Shown in pieces: positions 27,001 to 39,415 of a DNA stretch of 64,000 nucleotides. Position 1 is the first letter of the stretch; every line of letters starts with the position of its first letter. This DNA is from Lama glama (taxonomy: Eukaryota): contig CM052818.1 in NCBI GenBank assembly GCA_028534125.1, positions 20,896,001-20,960,000 of the forward strand, in the 5' to 3' direction. The notes below the pieces were generated by a model. That model was not told the DNA's origin and did not search any database. It was given only the letters and a program-made list of their open reading frames with translations. A program made the position numbers and the translations under genes.

Positions 27001-28359
27001 TCAGCTGACTCCAGAGCCCGTGTCCCTCCCCACCGTGACGCTGTCTGTGGACTGTGGGCGTTCATCTGAGCATCTTCCAGCAATAGAAACCACTCGGACA
27101 AATCTGATCCCCTTTACCTACTTTCCTGTATGCTCAAGATTGATGAGAGGGGGACGGCCCTGAGGGTGAGGGACTCTCAGAAAGGCAAGGGAAGAAATTT
27201 TATTGAGCAGTGACTCTGTACTGGTTACAGTCTCTGAGTTCGGGGAGCAAAACAAATCAGCAAAGACATTAAAAAAATTGCACAGTATGATGAGTCCCAT
27301 GGAGGTAGCCAAGGGGACCAAGAGAGCGGATAATGGGCTAGAAGGAGAAACCGGTGTTAGAAAGGGCATCAGGGCAAGTCTCTCTTAAGTTGAAGACTGG
27401 ATTTGGTTCTGAGAGCAGTAGAAATCCACGAAGGGTTTTAATCAGGAGAGTGACATAAAAGGACTGTGGCCTCTGTGAGGAGAATGGGCTGGAGAGACTG
27501 GGTGCGGGGGTGGGGCAGCAGGTGAAATGAGTTGGAGGCCGCACAACACTAGCCCTGTGGGCACAGGGGCTGAAGAGGGACCAGGAGACCTGGCAGCAAA
27601 AAAAGGACTTAGCGGTCACTGGTGGAGGTGGGATTTTCTCTGGAAGGGTAGCATCTCCAGGGTTTGTTACCAAGTTGAACAATTAACAACACTCCTGGTA
27701 TTGCCCTGCAGTTACGAGCAACAGCAAACACCTTGGAGACCAGAAGGCGGTTTGCAAACATTTTTCTCAGTGAAATGTGGAAGAGTCTCAGAAATGCCAG
27801 GCCCCTACTGGTGGCTTCAGGGAAGGCCAGAACTCTGGTACCCGAGGGAGAAGAGGAGATGGGTCTGCAGGAAGTGACCATAAGGGCCAGGAGGGCACCA
27901 TTCCCTCATAGACACGTTCTGAGCAGCCCCCTCACTGCAGGCTCTTAGGAAGCTGGCAGGTTCATGGAAGAGGTGACCTTGGATGTGAGCCTGAAAGGCA
28001 CTGTAGAGGTTCTACATGTGGAGGACAGAGCAGAGACTTTCCAGACTGGGTCCTGTGGACAAGAATGCTGCCTTCCAGCCCAGGGGATAGATCCCTATGG
28101 CTGGAGCCTAGGAGAGGGGAGGAAGGAGGTGAAACTGGGGGCTGATGTCAACGGCTGGCGCAGTTTCCCACGGACAGAGCCCTTCCTAACCCACCCACCA
28201 TACACAAGTCATATAACTGGGGAGGGCTTCTCAGCCCATTGATGTATTGGTTTCTGCCTCCCCTGACCACACGCCCAGGGTAGAGATCTGTGTGGCCCAC
28301 TCCCCACAGCCTGCCCACCCGGCCACCTCATGCGCCATGCATCCAGCAGTCACGTCAGA

Positions 28360-29130
28360 GCTAAACGTTAATAAAAACGAAATCCCCAAGCAGTCACTGA
28401 AATTAGCCCGGGTATGATTGAAATGCCAAGGCAGGTCTTGTTATTTTTATGAAGCCGTGAATAATATAAGTATCCAATTGATAAAATGTTATTAAAGCTG
28501 ACAGCCCTTAAGTGATCTAAGTGGTAAATATTGAAATGAGGTCTCTGGCACACTGTGCCCGGGGGCCCGCGGCGGTAATAAGCATTGAACAATGATTCCT
28601 CAGGCTCCGGGGAGCCGATGAGCTGGGAGCAGGGGAGCAAATGCACTCTTCCTAAATAATTAAGCCAGGATTCCAGGGATGGATTGTACATCCTTGTAGT
28701 GGTTTGTTAATGTCCAGAAGAGCTGGCTTCAGGCAAGGCCTCTGTTGGGCCATCCCTCCCCCAACCAGGGCAGGAGGGAGCGGGGAGGGGCTGGCTCTAC
28801 TCCCCCTCCAGCCCTCAAGGAGCCTGCACTGAGCAAGCAGCATATCTCAGCCTTTATTTATAATATAAACAGACTGGTGCAGCCTGAGGGCAGCTAATAG
28901 CTGATGAGCAGTGGGGCCGCCACGTGGGTTAGAGATTTTATTAGCACTGCTTATAAAAAATAAAAATAAAACCCACCACAGAACCATGGAGAGAAATTTA
29001 AAATGCAACGCTTTCTTGATAATCGGGTTGTTAAAGACGTGGCAGGAAGCAGCTTTTTTCCCTGCTCTTGGAAAAAGGAATCGGAGGGGCTCTACAAGCA
29101 GTTATCTGTTCCATCATTAACTAAAAAGGC
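28360..29130. promoter_or_regulatory. Candidate developmental enhancer block
   Basis: No repeat recognised. TAATAAAA (28369-28376), TTTTTATGA (28444-28452), TGACAG (28499-28504), TTAAGTG (28508-28514) and CTAAGTGG (28517-28524). Confidence 0.5.
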
Positions 29131-30215
29131 CAGCTGCGCTCGGGAGGCCTGGGCCTCCCTGAGTTTGGCCAAGTGAGGAGTGAGACTGTTCTCAGCCCCT
29201 TCTAGGGCTTTGGGGGTAAGATGTTGCTTTGGTGGCCCGTGGGGCTTCCAGTACCATCCATCTACCCCAATCCCTGGGCAGGGAGGCCTGGCTGCAGACC
29301 CCGGAAGCCGGGCTGGGACTCTCCCTCTCCGGAGTTACTGCCAATCGAGTGTGACAGTGAAGGGGAAGCTTCGTCCTGCTTGCTCTGTGCTGGGAGCCAG
29401 ACCATGAGGGCTGCAGGGACACAGGTGGAGGAAAGCTCTCTGGAGAGCACGGAGGTTGAGAAGCTGTTTGGAGGAGGTGCGCTTTCAACCGATCTGCGAA
29501 GGACAGGGAGGGCAAAGGGAGGGGGGGTGGAACTGGATGTGGATGGAGTCCATGTGACCCCTCCTGTGACAGAAGGTGGTGAGTCACAGGCTTCGTTCCT
29601 GGCCGGGCTGTGTCAGCACTTGTCTGGAAGTCAACAAGACTGGGAGGGAAGCAGTGGGAAGGTGTCTGGAGAAAGGGCATGAGGCCCCTTGGCCCCAGGA
29701 GCCCTACTAGATGTGGGGATAGTGCCTGGGTGCCAGGATTTGGAGGCAGATGGGGAGAATCTGATCCCTTATAAGGCTAGGACACTCACATCATGGGCCT
29801 GGGGCCTTTAAACTGAAAAATGTGCCCACTTGGCCCAGTGACCTTGGGGTGAGGAGCCTGACCCAGGTGCATCCTGTCTCTGGGGCGGCTCCAGGCTGCC
29901 CTTTCTTTCACATCCCTCCTAAGGCTGGAGTGTGGACACTTGACACCATTTCACTCGTTAAAGTCCTCCTGGATCCCAGGTAAATGGGTGCAGAAACCAT
30001 AAAGGTGCAATAATTGTTCCCATAATAATTTTCATTTTAGCAAGTCATTTACTTGTTCAAAATCTCTTTTATAGATAAGGAAGCCAACCGAGGCTCAGAG
30101 AAGTTAAGTAACATGTCCTAGTGACATAGCGACATAGGGTCCAACCCTGCAAACCAGCACTGCTGGCTTTGGGCCTGAAGGAGAAAAGCTTTTTGAAAAC
30201 AAAGTTTGGGAGGTA

Positions 30216-30372
30216 GGGGAGAGGGTATATAGCTCAGTGGCAGAGCGTGTGCTTAGCATGCATGAGGCTGTGGGTTCAGTTCCCAGTACTGCCATTTAAA
30301 AAGTCAAATAAATAAATAAACCTAATAACCTCCCCCCTCAAAATAAAAGCTCCCCAAAATATAAAAATAAAA
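30216..30372 (+). mobile_element. tRNA(Ala)-derived SINE, camelid vic-1-like, long-tail form
   Basis: G-rich head, A box tagctcagtgg, ttagcat anticodon-like loop, B box ggttcagttccc, tail aaataaataaacctaataacctcccc and an A-rich end. Confidence 0.85.
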
Positions 30373-31829
30373 GTAGAAGCCTGGCTCTCCAGTCCTAATT
30401 TTGCCCTTTATTTCCAACCAGCTGCTGCTTTGTTGCCTCTTCAGAGTCTCCGCTGAAGCGCAGGGGTGGGCTGACTGCTTCCGCAGGGCCTCGGAGGAGA
30501 GTCCTGGCGGCGCGGAGAGCCGGCGGTCTCCCGCCCGGCGCCCACCACGGGCTCTGCTCCGTGCCAGTCCAGCCCCGTCCCTTCCCTCCGTTCGCAGGTG
30601 TGCTGCTCACAGCCTCCATTTCCAACTTCCATGAAGAGGGATGGCTCCTCCCCCGCCCTCTGGCCCTCCACCTCCAGGCGGTGATTAATAGCCACATCAA
30701 TCAGCAGTCATTAACATGTCCTTAGGTTGGCCCGGTGTTTCATACCCATCATCACACTTAGACTTGCTCCAGCCCTGGGAGGAGATGGGGTGGTTTCCCC
30801 CATGTTCCACTTGGGGAAACTGAGGTTTAGAGCAATGGACGTGAACTTAGCCTAGCTCACCAAAGTCTTCTGGTGCCAAATTTTCTTTTTGACTCAATGG
30901 ATGGCCAGTGCTGGTGGGGATAAAAGACAGCCTGAAGGTCTTGATGAATAGGCAGTGGGACCCCAGAAAAGAAGCTCCTCATGGGGAGAGATGAACCTTC
31001 TGGTGTGGATAAGATAATGAGATGGGGCTTGCCTTACCAGCCATTTTGAACATCTGAAAAGAAAGTTTACAGGACATTTTTAAGGAGCAGACTCAAGAGC
31101 TCTTGGGAGAGAGCAGTGGTTTTGAGTCTAGCCGAGGAAGAGGGAACGGCGGACAATGCATTAAAGAGTATTTCAGCTTCCAAAAGCTTCAAGCAGCCCA
31201 CTTGGACGTCTTGGCTCCTCTCTGGGCTTCTGTAAACAGCAAATCGATTGAGCATCAGGCTTTTTTCGTAGCTGTCCTGCACGCTGGGAGTATTAGATGA
31301 AGCCAACCTTTTATTTAGCTCCTGACAGGTAATTAAATTTGCCTCTGCATTGGTTTGTGATGCTGTGAAGGAGCCAGGAGGAGCATTCAGAGTGGCTATG
31401 GCTATTTGCTGGAATGGTACAACTTAATTTCACCTCTCAAGTTGCAAGTAGAGATCTTGATTCCGTGGAAAGTTTGACTCAGTCTTGAGGGGGGCTCCAG
31501 GTTGGAGATTTTTTTTTTTTCCAACAAGAGTTTGCTCTCTCTCAGACGTGTGAAAGCCCTATTTCCACAATTTTTCCAGAGTGACATACTGTGGGAAAAA
31601 CTCAAAGTTACAAAGTAAAGAAAACCAGCAAGTGGCAAAAGCCAGGGAAGAATCCAGTGTCTTCCAAAAGGCTCATTTCTTTGGGAACCAGGAAAGAAGC
31701 ATTATTGCAGTGACAGAGAGAAGTTTTGGATTCCATGTTCACTGCAAATGCCAGCAAGTGCTATGACTCTGAGAGTTTTTATACAGAACTTGTTGGGAAG
31801 TGCAGGAGGGACCCGACAGACTCCATTTC

Positions 31830-32790
31830 CCCACTGCCTTCTCTTTTTATGGCACTTCTATTAAATAGGTTTGAGCCTCTCAACCTATCCCCCATGTCTC
31901 TTAAACAGCATATATGTATGTATGCATTATGTTTATATAACACATATGTAAAATTTCTTTTTCTCTCTGTGCTGCATCCTGACAAATACCTTGTTACTCT
32001 CTTCAAATTTATTAGTTCTCTCTTTAACTGTATCCCATGTAGAATTTACATTTTTATTTCATCAACTATATTTTTATTTCTAAGATGTTAGCTTTGTTTT
32101 TTTTCTCTCTCCCTTCTTAATTTATTTCTTCTGCGTTTCACAATTTAAAAAATATAATTGCTTTTTCTTCCTTTACGTCTTTAACCTCCTTTCCCTTATT
32201 CTAAATTTGTTTTCAGATGTCTCTGTCATTTTCACTTCATTTGGAGTAAATTCATTTCCTGAATGTTGACCTTGCAGGCTCTTTTTCTGAGGTTTTGAGA
32301 GTTTTTGTTCCCAAGCTCACTTGAAATCCAGTTTTGTTCTTTATCTCTCTTTTTTTGCACTTACTCCTCTGCTTAGATGTTTTGTAGGGTCTCGACACAG
32401 GAATCCTGTCTAGACCCAGGCCTGGTGTCTGTGGCTCAGCTCTGCTGTCCTGAGCCAGGGGGCAGCTGGGCCCCTGCCTGGCTGTGAGGCTGCGCTGGGT
32501 CCCCTGCCCCTCCTGGTAAAGCAGAGCCTTGTGTGGCGCTTAGAGCTGTCTGCTGCCTCTTCACCATTCCCACCCCTGGTTTCAGACCCTGAGTCTGAAT
32601 CCAACTCTGCCTTTTTGGAGCACTTATGCCCCCACTGGCTGGTCATTCTGTCTGGTTTCAGATCCTCAGATATATCTATCTGGTTTGAGCTACTGGGACT
32701 AGGTCTTTGTAACTTTCCCATCTCCTATTTTATCAAACATTGCTGTGATTTGGGGTACAGGGAGGCTGCCACACATGCGCTAGTTGATGC
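31830..32790 (-). mobile_element. Old L1 ORF1/HAL1-like relic
   Basis: ctctgtgctgcatcctg...ttctctctttaactgtatc...tttttatttcatcaactatatttttatttctaaga resembles antisense L1M/HAL1 ORF1. Highly diverged. Confidence 0.5.
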
Positions 32791-33954
32791 CACGTTGATG
32801 GGAGGCTATGGGGCGTGGTCTTGAACCTTTGTGGGGAGACACAGAGGACAGGAGGCCTCATGTCCTCGCCCCTCTGGGAGCTTCTGGAGCATGGCATTTG
32901 CCCAGAAGAGCTGGAAAACATCAGCAAGTGCTTGGTTTGAAGGATGGAAGAGAGGAGGCATGTGGCTGAAACACGGAGGCAGAATCAAAGAAACCTCATC
33001 ATCGGAAGGGACATTAAAAGTCTTTGCATCTTACCCTGAGCTCCCCTGTTCCGTGATTCCATCTCTAACATCACAGCAAGGGATTGTCCACACTATGTTT
33101 GAACAATACCAGTGATGAGAAGCCACAACAAGGCAGATTTTTGAGTCTCTGCAGAGCTGTGTTCTCCCCTTTACAACCTGAAACCTGTCTCCCTTTGGCT
33201 CCTTCCCAGTGGGCCTCATGCCTCCCTCGGGAACCATACAGAAAAGTTCAATCGCTCCTCCACCTGGCACGCGTAAACGCTCCATAGCTGCTCGCTACGG
33301 TGATTGTGTCTGAGCACAATTAACCCAGCTGGGCTCCCCGCGCTGCGTGCGCCACCGGTGCAGAGCTCGCCCCCAGGCGCGATGTGGTTTGGCAGTCTGG
33401 TTCTGCTGCCTGGAGTTTCCTGACACCGTAGTAATGCCACTGTTACGTGTCTTGGAAGGGGAATGGGGCCCCCGAATCACTCCCTCCTGCCTACGCAATG
33501 GCTTGTGCTCTGGGCTCACAGAGAGAAAGAAAGACCTCCAAAGCCACAGGCAAAGGCAGCTCAGCCTTTCTTTCCCTAAAACCAGTGCAGGTGGGGGGCT
33601 CCTGGGGCTTCAGGAAGCATCCTCTTGGGAGCAGTTAGAGCCTGCAGTTCTGGGATCAGAGGAGGGACTGAGAGGAGATGGCCTGATGCTGCACGGGCAA
33701 GTCATGGTGTCCCTGGAACCCCAAGTTCCAGCCCCAGGGCTGAGTTGGGCTAGGGTTGGTCGTGGCGAACCATCCTCAGGGTGAGTTTGGACTCCAGGCT
33801 GGGCCATTCTGGGGTTTTCCTGGTCCAGCCCTCTGCTCCTAAAAAGAATTCCTGAGCTCCAGGCCATCAATCAGCCAGGAAAGCTCATATGACTTAAAGA
33901 ACTATGCCCCTACCATACTTTAGTTCACAAAACTGTAGCTGGAAAGTTGAGAAT

Positions 33955-34200
33955 TTGGAGTCAGAAGTCCTGGGTTTAAATCCTAGTTCACCTTGTCACT
34001 TGCCATGTAACCTTGGTATGTCTTGCAACCTCTCTGGTTCTTTTTTCCTTTTTGAGCTTTAATTCCTTATCAGTAATGTGGGACTAATAATACACACATG
34101 CTACATGCTTGTGTCTATTGTCCTGAGGAATACATGATCTCACATTTTGCAAAGCGCTTAGCGTGGTGCCAGGCACATCACTGAGAGACTCTCATTAAAT
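33955..34200 (+). mobile_element. MIR SINE (near full length)
   Basis: ggagtcagaagtcctgggtttaaatcctag...tgtaaccttgg...gcaaagcgcttagcgtggtgccaggcacat. Confidence 0.8.
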
Positions 34201-34760
34201 ATTCTTCCCCTTAGTTCCCTTCCAGTGTCTTCATCTGTATTGGTCAAGATAATGCCTATTTCACAGGACTTTCAGGATCAGATGAGATCACCTATAAATT
34301 GCAAAGCAGTACAGTGTTCATCATCATCATTATTATTCGAAGAGGAACTTATTAAGTGATCCTGGTAGGACCAGAGAGATCGGCTGGGCTGTCTTCCCCC
34401 CACCCCCGTTAGCCGAAGTGCCTTGACTGACTCCAGAGGCCAGTGAGAGAGGTACCACCAGACAGCCTCAGCGTGTTCTGGAGGGAGGAGAGGCAGCTCT
34501 GGTGCTTCTCCAAGTGGACAGACTTGGATATCGGTTCTTTTGTTCATACATTTATTCGGAACACATAGACTGAGGGTCTCAGAGATACTGTGTGGGGTGT
34601 GTCTTTTATAGGCCTTGTGGCAGAGCCTTTTGAACACTGAGAAAATACATTTGCCCCAGGAGGCTGCTCACACGTGGGTGAGCGTTGAACTCTTGTAGAT
34701 CTGGTCATCCCCTGCCCGTTATCTAGGGAAAAGACATTTCTCCTTGAATGTGTGAAGTTT

Positions 34761-34840
34761 AGAAGGAAGGAAAAAGGAGGAAAGGAAGGAAGAAAGAAAA
34801 GGAAGGAAGGAAGAAAGAAAAGGAAGGAAGGAAGTAGGAA
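34761..34840 (+). repeat. Polypurine (GGAA/GAAA)n simple repeat
   Basis: gaaggaaggaaaaaggaggaaaggaaggaagaaagaaaaggaaggaaggaagaaagaaaaggaaggaaggaag. Confidence 0.95.
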
Positions 34841-37800
34841 ATGGACATTTTAGAAAGTCTCAGAGAAATTCTTCAAGTCCTGATGTGTTCTCACAGAGCT
34901 ATAGCACAACCGGCTGTCAGGGCCAATAAACATCCCCAAGCCAGCCCTGAGTGTGGGTATCAGCAGGGCTCGGGGTCTCTGAGGATGGCAGGGGCTTGGA
35001 GGGCCACTGGCACTTCATTGGTGGTGCCAGTCTGTGGTCCCCTGGAGTCAACACTGACTGGCACGGCCACTTCTCCAAGGCTGAGGAGCTGGGGCTGCTT
35101 ATTGCATTTGCAGATTCCCCAGGGAATGTACGTGTTTTATAAACGGGCTGAACACCTTATGTTTCTGATTGATGGGCCATCAGTCGCACAGTTGTTGGGC
35201 AGTGATTGATTTTCCAACCCTGCTGCTCCAGCTGTGCCACAGATGCTCCTTGTCTGAAGTCAGAGGGCTGGTGCTGTAAGCCATGGAGAAGATCCTAATT
35301 GGAGTGATCCCTGAGAAATCAGCCATTGTAATGGCTAACAGCCATTAATGTGGGGCTTTGCTTGGGGTGCTAAACCATAAGCCCTCCCTTGGTAATTGCC
35401 ATGCCTAACTGGATGGGTGCCATTTTGAAATTCACACTGACACAGGTGGGGCCAAGCTGAAGCTCACTCTTGCAGTTTGCTGAACTGAAACTCTGTTTTT
35501 AAAATACCTTGTGGCAAAAATCTCAAAATCAACACATGCTCATTTTAAAGGTGTTAAAATAAAGAGAAAGGCAAAATGAAAAAAGTCAACCACATTCTCA
35601 GTATCCATTGATAAGCTTGGTCAACATTTTGGTATATCTTATTTGGGTTATTTTATTCTATGTGAGTGACACACACATACACGCTTTTTCAAAGTTGGGA
35701 ACACACTTCAAACAGGATTTTATATCATGCTTTACATCTTTATGTTATAATTGGAAGCACAACATATACCTTGAAATTAAAAGTAAAAGTCCTGAACGAG
35801 CAAATTGTGTAAGCTTGATTGTAGCTGGAGAGATAACTGTTTAATAGCAACATGGGTTAGAGACAAGACCATGGTAGATACTCAGGAGGCCTGGTTTGCA
35901 GAACACTTTTGCACTATCGTTACTCACACGAGGTGCCTAATCTGGAAAACGGTGACATTAATACCTGCCTCACTCATCTCAGGGGGTTGTACAGTGCGGA
36001 GCTGTGCAAAAACATGGAATCAAGCGTGCGATCAAGGGAAAGCATTCCCTTCATTACCAAAGAAAGGAAATCTTCCCAGGCATGTCAATTGCACCAATTT
36101 GCATAGAGTCTGGTTAATTAGAAATGACCCTGTTTCATTAGAGCAGGCCAGTGGATGACACCTCATCAACCCTTCCTCTGCGTTTTTACTGCTGAGGCAA
36201 CATGGGGATAAAAGCATCCTTCCTGCCTGCAGGTAGGGCTTGGATCAGGTGCTCCCTGGAGGCCTCTTTGAGCTCCAACATCTGCCATTTGGTACCCTTG
36301 AAAGGGTTAGTAAAGGATTTCTTTTAAATCCTCTGCTGGAGAACTTTTCATTGTTCCCCAAGTCCTTCTTCTTCTGGTCCATAGAGGAGAGACTTTCTAG
36401 GGGGCTGTCTCTCATGCCTGTTCAGAGCAGACTTTGCACTGTGGGTGGGGCAAACCAGTTCAAAGCTCTCAGGTTCCCTTGAAGCCTAGAGGGACAGTCG
36501 ACCATACACACAGGTCAGGGATACCAACCTGTCAGGGATGCTGCCTGGGTGGCACGAGGGTTCAAAGGGCCCCTCCAATTTGGGGGACTGGGTAAGGCAG
36601 TGGAGCAGCATCTCCAGCTACAGAGCCCTCCTGCCCAGGAGACCCCTGGAGATAGCTCAGTGGACTATTTCTGTGGCCAATGAGCTCAACCAACACCAAG
36701 GCCATGACTGGACCCATGACTGGACTCCTTACACAGTAGACCTATATAAGATGGTGGGTGGCCTAGACTTCAGTGTTGTCATTTGATAAAAGACCACAGA
36801 ATCACCTTTAGGGCTTCCTGAGTTCTTAAGCTTTCTGTTTTAGGAGGGGAAATGAAATCTAGGAAATGAAGTCCCAGGAGCTCCCTCTTAAGTTTCCAGG
36901 CTCTGGCTCCTGGGCCACACCTTGTAGACTTGACAATTGTTTAATGAAATCCTCACAGCAGCTAAACAGGTGTTCCCAGCCTTGTCCACATGGTGGAATC
37001 CCCTGAGGGTCCAGCTCACCCTAATTACATCAGAACTTCTGGAATTCTGGAAGTGGAGCCCAGGCAATCGTTTTGTTTCAGAGTTCCTCAGATGACTCAA
37101 ATGTGCCGCCAAGGTCAAGAACCATGGAAGGGGATGGGACGGCTTCAGAGATTGCAGCCCCATGCCCTCATTTCCAAAGTGACAGGACTGAGGAGGTGAA
37201 GTAGCATGCTGACTTGAGGCCATGCTTAGATGTAGGCAGATCCAGGTCTGGGATGCACCTTCCTGGGCGGGCACTTTCCTAAGTGTTCTCCACCTGAGTG
37301 TGGGCTGATCAGTGACTGATAGCCACATAGCTGAGGCTGTGAAACCAAGGAGCAGGCCTGTTCTTAGCAAACCTTTCAGCTGTACAAAGAGACCATCTCT
37401 GTACCCTGGTGCTGTGGCTGAGCTGGGTGGCACCAGTGACCTGGGAAGGAGCCACAACTTGGCAGAGACTTGGAGGAGATATGGGAGGAGGGGAGCGGGC
37501 CCGCAGGGTAAGGGGTAAGGGCTGGACAGCAAAGAGGCTGGCGGTGAAAGCCCCTTCTCCCAGCCCTTCTCCTTCCGCTGCTGTGGTGGTGAGATGTTCC
37601 CCGGGCTTCCTTTTCCCAGTGGCACTACTATGACCTCATTTGTATAACCTTAGGTTTACAACGTGCTTTCAAAGAAATTTCCTTCTGGTCCTCACAGGAG
37701 GCCTTACCTTTGTTTTACAGAGGAGCACAAATTCTGAGGAATGTCTCAGGTCCCACTCCCACCCCTCCTCTAATATTTTCTGGAAGTTTCCAAAGTGGAC

Positions 37801-39367
37801 CTTGTGTGAACCCATAAACCAGTCTATTGGTTTCAGACTCCAAGCACAACGCACTGTCCTTCCTGTCCAGTTCCTGAGCCCGGGGGAAGCATCAGACCCC
37901 CATCCCCTGCAGTGTCAGTGCTGAGGTCCGCTTTCTGGGTGGTCCTAGGATGCTGAAGCGCCCCGGCCCGCCCCCACCCCGGTGCTGCTCTTGGCTGCCC
38001 CAGCCTTGAAGAGGTCTGTTGGGCCCCAGGTCTCAAGTACGTCCCAAACGTTTTCCCCAGCTTCTTCCGACCCCCTCTTGCCATCCAGTCTTAGCCTTTC
38101 GATTGTTCCTGTCGACCCCAACCTTTGGAGATTCGTGACCTGACTGAATGGAGTAAATCCCATTTTGTTGCTAAGCCTGGGGCAGGGTGTGTCAGGGCAG
38201 GCTGTGGGCGCAGAGGGGCTGTGGCACAGGTGAGAAGCGGGGCTTGCCCCACGCCTCCACCTCTGCACCGGCCCGAGGCTCCTCCGCCGGCCGCGCCCGG
38301 GCCCCCCGGAGTCGGCAGCCTTTGAAGCACCCCGCCTGGATTATTTAATATAATGGAACAGTGCAACTCGACCCATCAGAGACATAAATGTCCAGGTGTT
38401 TTAAATTTGTTTTCCCATCAGAATGGTAAATGGCAGGTAGTAAAATTCGGCACCGGGTCGTGGCTGTGGGCGCTCCCCACTCACTCTCGGGCAGGCTGGT
38501 GGCCACGCAGCAGGCCGGGCTTCTCCAGGGCCCACCTGGGGCCAGGGCTGCCCTGGACATGGGTCTCCAAAGCTTGGAGAGATTCCACGTCAGGGCCAAG
38601 CGAGGGGGTCCTGGGCCTTTAGTTTCCAGCGGGATCTCAGGGCACCTAAATCTCCTGCAACTAGGGCGTGTTCCCGGCAGACATCTGTGCAGAGAAGCCC
38701 ACAGCCCCGCCGCCTCCAGGTTAATTGGGGTGCGAGGGTCTGTAACACCTATAACCAGGTTTCTGTTGCCCTTGCCAACTTCAATTATAGGTGCATCTGC
38801 TTTTTGATTTTTCCAAGATGGTTTGATTTTTTTTTTAACCCAAACTACAAAGGAACAGACTGCACAGTAGCTTTTCACAGAAGGTAAGAGATTCTGACTG
38901 CTTTTTCCAGACTCCCGCTTTTTGAGATGTGTCAGAATTCATAGGGTGGCTGCTGAGGGTAGCTGTTACTCTTAGTCATTCTGGAGAAATCCGACCCTTT
39001 GTCCCACTCCTCTCAAGGCCCTTCACCCTTTTCTTTTCAAAATAATAAAGGAGGTCTACTTTTTATGATGGTGGGGCTCCCCTGCCTGCTATCCAGAAAT
39101 CTATAGCAATCATCACTTTGAATGGTGAAATCATTTGACATTTATTTCCTAAACAGGAAGCATTGGCTCAAAGAAGGTGGAAACCCCTGAAATTAGTTCA
39201 ACTGAGAAGATGAAAGTAGAGAATGTAGTTGCCAAGGTGATCATCATTCTCTGTTTGCTTGTGGGAAGGGCCTTAAACAGGGAGAACTTAGGGGCTCCGG
39301 GGAGGCAACATCTTTAATGAAAGTTACATTTGCACCGGCAAAGTACCCTCTGTCCAGCATTGCATTT

Positions 39368-39415
39368 GTGTGTATGTGTGCGTGTGCGTGCGTGTGTGTG
39401 TGCGTGTGTGTGTGT
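39368..39415 (+). repeat. (TG/CG)n alternating purine-pyrimidine microsatellite
   Basis: gtgtgtatgtgtgcgtgtgcgtgcgtgtgtgtgtgcgtgtgtgtgtgt. Confidence 0.95.

Noticed and set aside
30222..30295. tRNA-Ala gene (also ~43215 and ~51950)
   Set aside because: Degenerate stems, A-rich tails and, for two of the copies, TSDs show these are SINE heads, not functional tRNA genes.
36888..37625. Longest ORF in the window (245 aa, minus strand)
   Set aside because: No recognisable domain, non-ATG start, P/S/L-rich composition typical of chance ORFs in GC-rich DNA, and no supporting exon structure.
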